From Nitrospinales bacterium (lineage in GTDB: Bacteria > Nitrospinota > Nitrospinia > Nitrospinales > VA-1), in assembly GCA_965205835.1 (NCBI GenBank), contig OZ242182.1, positions 1,334,361-1,398,360 of the forward strand: DNA of 64,000 bases, given 5' to 3'. This document shows positions 58,588 to 64,000 of the stretch, one piece after another. The translations under genes and the position numbers were made by a program. The notes beneath the pieces were generated by a model. That model searched no databases. It had not been told where the DNA came from and saw only the letters and a list, made by a program, of their open reading frames with translations. Position 1 is the stretch's first letter, and every line of letters begins with the position of its first letter.

Positions 58588-59501
58588 ATCGCGAAATGCC
58601 GCCCATGAACATTTCAGACAAGCCAAAATTCTATCGTCAACGATTTTTACTGTCCTTGTTGCGTTTTATCAATACAGAAATAACCAGAACGGAGCTACAC
58701 AAGCACAGCTTTTTATTTTCGCGACAAACTCCTATGGGTTACGATCTCGTTCCTTATCAATATGGCTGTCATTCTTTTCAACTGGACAAGGATTTGTCGG
58801 ACTTATCAGAGCAAGGTTTTATAGGCCCTGGTAAGAAGATAAAACTTAAAACAGACAATCCAATAACCTGGCTAAAAACCAAAGATAGCGATAGCCTATC
58901 CGCGTATCCCAAAGAACATAAAACGTTAAGAGGAGATGATTTGATTGGCTTTACTTATAAAAATTATCCTTATTATGCGATTAATAGCGAAATTATCGAT
59001 AAAATTTGCTCAGACCAAGAGAGAAGAAAAATTGAAAATGAAAAACGACAGCTAAAGAAAAAAAATTCTGCCGCTGTTTATACGCTCGGTTACGAGGGAA
59101 TCAGTTTGGAAACTTATATTAACAAGCTTATCCAGAACAACATAAAGTTATTATGCGATGTCAGAAAAAATCCTTTCAGTCGCAAATTTGGTTTTAGTTA
59201 TAAAACTTTAAGTAATATTTTGCAAAAAGTCGGTATTAACTATGTGCATATTCCACAGCTGGGTGTTGAATCCAATAAAAGAAAAAACTTAAATCATAAA
59301 GAGGACTATAAAAAGTTATTTGGTGAATATAAAGCTACATTGTCTGCCAGAGAAGAAGCACCGGAGAAGGTGCTGGACTTGCAAAAAAGACATCGAAGAA
59401 TTGCCCCGATTTGTTTTGAAAAACACCACCATGAGTGCCATCGCCATTGCGTCAGTGATTATCTTTCTGATAATTATAAAATTCAAACCATTCATTTATA
59501 A
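58584..59501 (+). CDS. DUF488 domain protein with an N-terminal extension of about 160 aa (possible winged-helix/Panacea-like domain)
   Basis: The C-terminal half, VYTLGYEG.S...........I..L.DVRKNPFSRKFGF....L...L...GI.Y.HIP.LG...........C.E.....CHR, is the DUF488 signature. The N-terminal L.K..FL........Y.LVPYQYG.HS..L..DL..L...G.I pattern is only tentatively assigned. Confidence 0.75.
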   Translation: MNREMPPMNISDKPKFYRQRFLLSLLRFINTEITRTELHKHSFLFSRQTPMGYDLVPYQYGCHSFQLDKDLSDLSEQGFIGPGKKIKLKTDNPITWLKTKDSDSLSAYPKEHKTLRGDDLIGFTYKNYPYYAINSEIIDKICSDQERRKIENEKRQLKKKNSAAVYTLGYEGISLETYINKLIQNNIKLLCDVRKNPFSRKFGFSYKTLSNILQKVGINYVHIPQLGVESNKRKNLNHKEDYKKLFGEYKATLSAREEAPEKVLDLQKRHRRIAPICFEKHHHECHRHCVSDYLSDNYKIQTIHL

Positions 59502-59503
59502 TC

Positions 59504-59719
59504 GTGTTAACCAAAGTTCTTATTAGCGTTAAAACCTATCCAACCTTATCAAAAAAATATAATGAACTGGTTTGCACTGCTGGTTTTTTAGAAGATGGAA
59601 CTTGGGTTAGAATTCATCCATTACCATTTAGGGCATTAAAAAATGAGCAACAATATAAAAAATGGCAGTGGATAGAGTTGGATAGTGTAGAAAGTGCCAC
59701 GGAGAAAAAAGGCGATTGA
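59504..59719 (+). pseudogene. Truncated ORF (71 codons), possibly the N-terminal fragment of a larger conserved gene
   Basis: It starts 2 nt after the DUF488 stop. The sequence (VLISVKTYPTLSKKYNELVCTAGFLEDGTWVRIHPLPFR) looks like a conserved globular protein. It stops abruptly where composition changes at about 59720. Confidence 0.4.
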
Positions 59720-60020
59720 GGCAATATGCCGTTATCTGGAACGGTGAAAAAGTGGTGCGTGTTTTACCAACCGACAAAACCAGGGTACCATCACCTTAGA
59801 GTCTTCCTGCCGAGGTATACTATAAATTTCACCTATCGTGGGGCACGAACCGTTGAAGCCTCATCCCCCAAGTATTGCGAGGTGTGCCCCTTCTGGCAAA
59901 ACAGAGGCGCAACGGAAAACCACAACCCAGCATTGTCGAAGCTCACCATCTGAGGGGTTTGGAAATGAAGGTTATGAGGGTTATGCAGGATGGTTTTGGA
60001 AGGCGGTGCGAATCTCCGAA

Positions 60021-60479
60021 TTATTCGGTACTGATGCCATCAAACTTTTTATCCAGTGCTCCAACCAGAGTATGCCAGGCCAGGCTGGCGCATTTCGTGC
60101 GTGACGGGTATTCGCGGATTCCCATAAACAGGGCCAGCTTGCCCAGATGATGCTCATCCTTTTCCGGGTCCATCTCTCCCAGGATCATTTTGTGAAACTC
60201 GTCTTTGATCTGCCTGGCTTCCTCTACCGATTTGCCTTTCAGGAAAGCGGTCATCAGGGAAGTGCTGGCTTTACAGATCGCGCAACCGGAACCCTGGAAA
60301 CTGACCTCATCAATCTTCCCCTTCTGTTCATCTACGTTCAGGTAAACAGTGATATCGTCTCCGCAAAGCGGGTTCACGCCATGGCAATTGTGACTGGCGT
60401 TCTCGATAACATGGAAGTTTCGCGGCTTTCGGTTATGGTCAAGAATGACCTGCTGGTAAAGCTCGTTATCGTAAGACAT
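60021..60479 (-). CDS. sufU: SUF-system Fe-S cluster assembly scaffold/sulfur acceptor SufU (IscU/NifU-like)
   Basis: LYQQVILDHNRKPRNF...NPLCGD...V.F.G.GCAIC.AS.S....L.GK and a C-terminal R..CA.L.W are the SufU hallmarks. 152 aa. Confidence 0.9.
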   Translation of the reverse strand: MSYDNELYQQVILDHNRKPRNFHVIENASHNCHGVNPLCGDDITVYLNVDEQKGKIDEVSFQGSGCAICKASTSLMTAFLKGKSVEEARQIKDEFHKMILGEMDPEKDEHHLGKLALFMGIREYPSRTKCASLAWHTLVGALDKKFDGISTE

Positions 60480-60694
60480 GTAAGTGTTTTCTTATATTTG
60501 TCAAGCCTCTGTTTGTTAAATATAACACAACCTTCGGGGAACTCCCTTTTTTTAAGTGGTCAAAATTTCAATGCTTCAAAGCCTTAATCCGCCGGTTGCT
60601 TATCGCTATAGCTTGCCATAAAGTATGAAGGGTAACTAAATTTTGACAAAGCCCATACATAACTGTTATAAAAAAAGATAGAGGCTAACAGGTA

Positions 60695-61900
60695 ATGAAA
60701 ATATCAAAATTAAAAGTACAAGGGTATCGTTCCTTGAAAGATATTGACTGGGAACCCGATGATTTAAATATTCTCATTGGTCCAAATGGTTCTGGAAAAT
60801 CAAACCTCCTGCGCATTCTGGAACTAGTCTCTATTGCAAGCAAGGGCCAACTTGGGAAACATATCCAAAAAGCTGGCGGTATGGGTGCCCTTTTATGGGA
60901 TGGCGTGACCGATGGCATCAAATTCAATCTCGAAACCTCTCCTGTTGGGGGCAAAACAAATTTAAAGGACGACAGTCTCAATTACGAAATGGGCCTGCGG
61001 CGCTTAGGCAAAGCTAATGCCTATCAGGTCAACTATGAATTACTTGCCAATTACCGTCGGGTTAGGACAGGGGAGCATTCAGAGCCATTTAAACTCTTGG
61101 AGCGTGATGCCCGAAGTGCTGTTTTTTTCGATAACGATCAACACCGTTTAGTTGCCCCCGAAGAAAGTTTATTAGAAGAAGAATCTTTCCTAAGCCTTTC
61201 TACTATACTAACACCAAATCGCGATATACCTCCTTTCCAAGCCTATTTAAAAGAATGGTCTATTTACCGCGATCTACATGTAAATAGTGACGCGCCAATT
61301 CGTCAACCCGCCATAACCCGCCTTGAAAAGAGGGTTGAAAGGGATGGACAGAATCTAATCAGTGTCCTCCACACCTTGTATACCAGTGACCGGGGTTTCA
61401 AGGATGACATAAATTCAGCAATGAGCGCCGCTTTCGGAGAGGACTTTGACGAACTTGTTTTTCCACCTGCCTCTGACCAGCGCACTCAGTTGAGGGTTCG
61501 TTGGAAAACCCTAAAATATGAACAATCAGCGGCTGACTTATCAGACGGAACCCTTCGTTTTCTGTTTTTGCTTACAGCCTTGGCTTCGCCGGACCCCGCA
61601 CCCCTCATTGCGATTGATGAACCGGAAACCGGTCTTCATCCATCTATGTTGCGATTGGTAGCCGAATATGCGGAGGATGCGGCAAAGAGAACCCAAGTCA
61701 TTTTAACAACGCATTCACCTCAATTTCTCGATGCTTTTAAAGGTTTTTCGCCGAAGATTACGGTTACCAAATGGTCTGAAGGACAAACTTTCCTAAAAAG
61801 TCTTGAAGAGGACTTATTAGCCGATTGGTTGAAAGAATACTCTTTGGGGTCTCTGCACCTTTCTGGTGAGCTTCAGAATTTTTTATTTTCCGATACCTAA
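60695..61900 (+). CDS. ABC/AAA-type (AAA_21/SMC-like) ATPase
   Basis: MKISKLKVQGYRSLKDI, Walker A GPNGSGKSN (60779-60802), signature-like LSDGTLRFLFL, Walker B IAIDEPETGLHP, and TTHSP. Confidence 0.85.
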   Translation: MKISKLKVQGYRSLKDIDWEPDDLNILIGPNGSGKSNLLRILELVSIASKGQLGKHIQKAGGMGALLWDGVTDGIKFNLETSPVGGKTNLKDDSLNYEMGLRRLGKANAYQVNYELLANYRRVRTGEHSEPFKLLERDARSAVFFDNDQHRLVAPEESLLEEESFLSLSTILTPNRDIPPFQAYLKEWSIYRDLHVNSDAPIRQPAITRLEKRVERDGQNLISVLHTLYTSDRGFKDDINSAMSAAFGEDFDELVFPPASDQRTQLRVRWKTLKYEQSAADLSDGTLRFLFLLTALASPDPAPLIAIDEPETGLHPSMLRLVAEYAEDAAKRTQVILTTHSPQFLDAFKGFSPKITVTKWSEGQTFLKSLEEDLLADWLKEYSLGSLHLSGELQNFLFSDT

Positions 61901-61913
61901 GGGCAGGCTTGAC

Positions 61914-62552
61914 GTGAAATTCATCTTATTCGTGGAGGGCTACACTGAAAAAGAGGCTCTTGCACCATTCTTAAAAAAATGGTTAGACCAGCATCTTACC
62001 AAACCCGTAGGGATAAAACCTGTACGTTTTCAGGGATGGGCGGAACTGGTTGAGGGTTCTCCGACTAAAGCCAAATTGCATTTATCGCAACCTGAGGTAA
62101 TAGCTGTCATTGCGTTACTCGACCTCTATGGACCCGACATTTATCCAAGTGATCGGAATACCACTAAAGAACGATACCAATGGGGAAAGGAATTTTTGGA
62201 AAGTAAAGCTAATCAGTCAAATTTTTTCCAATTCTTCGCAGTTCACGAAGTAGAAACGTGGCTATTTTCTGATCCATCCATATTCCCTAATTCGATCCAA
62301 CCATCAATCCAGAAAATATCGAGCTTTCCTGAAGAAATTAACAACATAAAACCACCGGCAAAGCGTCTTGATGAGATTTACAAAGCACAAAAAAAAACGT
62401 ACAAGAAAACCACTTCTGGAAAAGACCTTTTTCAAAAACTCGATCCAGCTATTGCATACGAAAAATGTCCATATTTGAGAGTTCTCTTGGATGAAATGCT
62501 GAAAATGGCTAAGCTAAAGTTGCATAGGAAGAAGATGGGTCGCCATACTTAG
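61914..62552 (+). CDS. DUF4276-like (TOPRIM-like) protein, partner of the upstream ATPase
   Basis: The GTG at 61914 lies 14 nt after the ATPase stop. FILFVEGYTEKEAL (VEGxTE at 61932-61949), LLDLYG and AVHEVETWLFSD match my recollection of the DUF4276 pattern. The ORF-track start at 61866 would overlap the ATPase gene. Confidence 0.7.
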   Translation: MKFILFVEGYTEKEALAPFLKKWLDQHLTKPVGIKPVRFQGWAELVEGSPTKAKLHLSQPEVIAVIALLDLYGPDIYPSDRNTTKERYQWGKEFLESKANQSNFFQFFAVHEVETWLFSDPSIFPNSIQPSIQKISSFPEEINNIKPPAKRLDEIYKAQKKTYKKTTSGKDLFQKLDPAIAYEKCPYLRVLLDEMLKMAKLKLHRKKMGRHT

Positions 62553-62610
62553 TTTAAAAATCCAGGATATATCAATTCAAATTTCAACCAACTGTCCAAA
62601 GTAGTGTAGG

Positions 62611-63861
62611 TCACGAAAAAAAACGGATGCATTTTCGTACGCTTTCAGCCAGTGCGTCCAGTTCTTCCGGTTTGTTATAAAAAGCCATCGAGGCCCGGGT
62701 TGTGGCGGGCACCGCATAGCGGATCATGGTTGGCTGGGCGCAGTGGTGCCCGCCTCGACAAGAAATACCATCCTGATCCAGAAAGTGAACCATATCATGA
62801 GGATGCGCGGAGTCACTAAAAAAGGAAATGATGCTGGCTTTATGGCGCGCGTTTCCAATAATTCGCACCCCTTCAATCTCTTTAAATAACCGGGTACCAT
62901 ATTCGAGGAGAGAGTTTTCGTATTCGGCAATTTTATCCAGTCCGATTTGATTTAGATAGTCAATGGCCTCACCCAGACCAATCACCTGCGTGATAGGTGG
63001 CGTCCCCGCTTCAAAACGGGCGGGTGGCTTGGCGTAGGTGGTTTTTTCCAACGTCACCTGCATAATCATGTCGCCACCGGTCACATAAGGTGGCATTTCC
63101 TCCCACAAATCCATCTTTCCATAAACTCCGCCTATGCCACTTGGAGCATACATCTTGTGACCGGAAAACGTATAAAAGTCGCAATCAATGTCCCGCACAT
63201 CCACTTTCATATGCGGTGTGCTTTGGGCTCCGTCGACCAGCACCTTTGCTCCCACTCCATGAGCCTTTGCGGTGATCTCCTTAACCGGGTTGATCGTTCC
63301 TAAAGCGTTGGAAACATGGTTGACGGCAACCATACGGGTTTTAGGCGACAATAACTTTTCGTATTCTTCCATCATCAGTTCACCGTCATCATCAACGGGA
63401 ATGACCTTGAGCCTGGCCCCGCGGTCTTCGCAAAGCATCTGCCAGGGAACCGTGTTGGCGTGATGCTCAATGTTCGAAATAATAATTTCATCACCTTCAT
63501 GGACAAACCGCTTGCCAAAACTATGCGCCACCAGATTGATGGACTGGGTGGTTCCACTGGTGAAAACGATTTCACCTTTCTTTTCAGCACCCATAAAGTC
63601 AGACACTTTCTGGCGTGCGTCTTCATATAGCCGGGTGGCATATTCGCTCAATTTATAAGTCCCCCGCCGAACGGTGCCATATTCTTCCGTATCAAATTTG
63701 CGGACTCGTTCTATAACGGAATTCGGTTTATGGGTCGTTGCGGCGTTATCCAGATAGATCAGGGGTTTTCCTCGAACGGTCTGAGAGAGAATGGGGAAAT
63801 CCTCACGGATTTTTTCTACATCCAGAATATTTCCTGTAACACTCGCACTGGATTCAGACAT
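62611..63861 (-). CDS. sufS: Cysteine desulfurase SufS (class V aminotransferase, group II)
   Basis: DFPIL...GKPLIYLDNAATT.KP, the PLP-Lys region FSGHKMYAPSGIG, and RGGHHCAQP (active-site Cys loop). I prefer the MSESSAS start at 63861, which overlaps the sufD stop. Confidence 0.93.
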   Translation of the reverse strand: MSESSASVTGNILDVEKIREDFPILSQTVRGKPLIYLDNAATTHKPNSVIERVRKFDTEEYGTVRRGTYKLSEYATRLYEDARQKVSDFMGAEKKGEIVFTSGTTQSINLVAHSFGKRFVHEGDEIIISNIEHHANTVPWQMLCEDRGARLKVIPVDDDGELMMEEYEKLLSPKTRMVAVNHVSNALGTINPVKEITAKAHGVGAKVLVDGAQSTPHMKVDVRDIDCDFYTFSGHKMYAPSGIGGVYGKMDLWEEMPPYVTGGDMIMQVTLEKTTYAKPPARFEAGTPPITQVIGLGEAIDYLNQIGLDKIAEYENSLLEYGTRLFKEIEGVRIIGNARHKASIISFFSDSAHPHDMVHFLDQDGISCRGGHHCAQPTMIRYAVPATTRASMAFYNKPEELDALAESVRKCIRFFS

Positions 63862-64000
63862 CCGTCGCCTCCAGTTTCTTAAGAAGTGTGCCATTCAGTT
63901 CTTCCACCACTTCCGGAAACTCAATGGTTTGAATAATGCTTTTGGCAAAACTTTGGGTGAGAAGCTCTTTCGCCGCCTTGGCAGACAAGCCGCGCGTTTG
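63854..64000 (-). CDS. sufD: SufD C-terminal end (partial; continues beyond the window)
   Basis: The reverse-strand translation ...QTRGLSAKAAKELLTQSFAKSIIQTIEFPEVVEELNGTLLKKLEATDV* resembles the SufD C-terminus (SRGI....A..LL..GF). The position upstream of sufS fits. Confidence 0.6.
   Translation of the reverse strand, partial: QTRGLSAKAAKELLTQSFAKSIIQTIEFPEVVEELNGTLLKKLEATDV

Noticed and set aside
59990-60025. A tRNA- or tmRNA-like T-arm (ggcggtgcgaatctccg) as a possible island attachment site.
   Set aside because: The flanking pentamers are not complementary, and I could build no acceptor or anticodon arms. I found no tRNA anywhere in the window by eye, though tRNAscan-SE should confirm this.
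59726-60150. Three overlapping plus-strand ORFs (75, 88 and 91 aa).
   Set aside because: They are mutually exclusive frames in a short region with implausible sequences. The last two run antisense into sufU.
60555-60575. A short similarity, tcaaaatttcaa (about 60560) versus tcaaatttcaa (about 62577), as a possible target-site duplication of the ATPase/DUF4276 insertion.
   Set aside because: It is only about 11 nt, imperfect, and A/T-rich low-complexity sequence, so it is easily due to chance.

Overview
This is a 64-kb bacterial chromosomal window of moderate G+C; I could not assign a lineage without a database search. Most of it is housekeeping sequence:
- an adenylate-forming ligase (5'-truncated), RNase P RNA, and yajC-secD-secF
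- a flavoprotein/Fe-S oxidoreductase pair, and yebC-ruvC-ruvA-ruvB
- hydrolases, a PHP phosphoesterase, and a tetraheme cytochrome fusion
- a run of periplasmic thiol-disulfide and protease genes, a CCA/poly(A) polymerase-family enzyme, and an Mrp/NBP35 ATPase
- rpmB, rel/spoT, recG, DUF58/BatA-like genes, a transglutaminase-TPR-FGE protein, and a flavin reductase
- part of a suf operon (sufD', sufS, sufU)

The main result is an A/T-richer accessory island at about 47.9-59.7 kb. Its core is a tightly overlapped, co-directional five-gene block:
- a PLD-nuclease/SNF2-helicase fusion
- an embedded VapB/VapC pair
- a 1140-aa gamma-class N6-adenine methyltransferase with a TaqI-like specificity domain
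- an ABC-ATPase fused to a TOPRIM/DUF4435-like domain

Downstream of this block lie two decayed copies of the methyltransferase 3' end, which point to cassette swapping. The same stretch holds a GIY-YIG gene bracketed by perfect 28-bp inverted repeats, a second GIY-YIG-like ORF, a structured intergenic element, a DUF488 fusion gene and a truncated ORF.

A second ABC-ATPase + DUF4276-like pair is inserted between sufU and sufS. Other notable items:
- a roughly 0.95-kb nested repeat array (43.3-44.2 kb)
- an orphan HKD/PLD nuclease-like gene
- three RNI-type LRR paralogs
- a decayed IS5-family transposase and a decayed tandem DUF3365-like gene

I found no CRISPR array, tRNA, rRNA, integrase or prophage.
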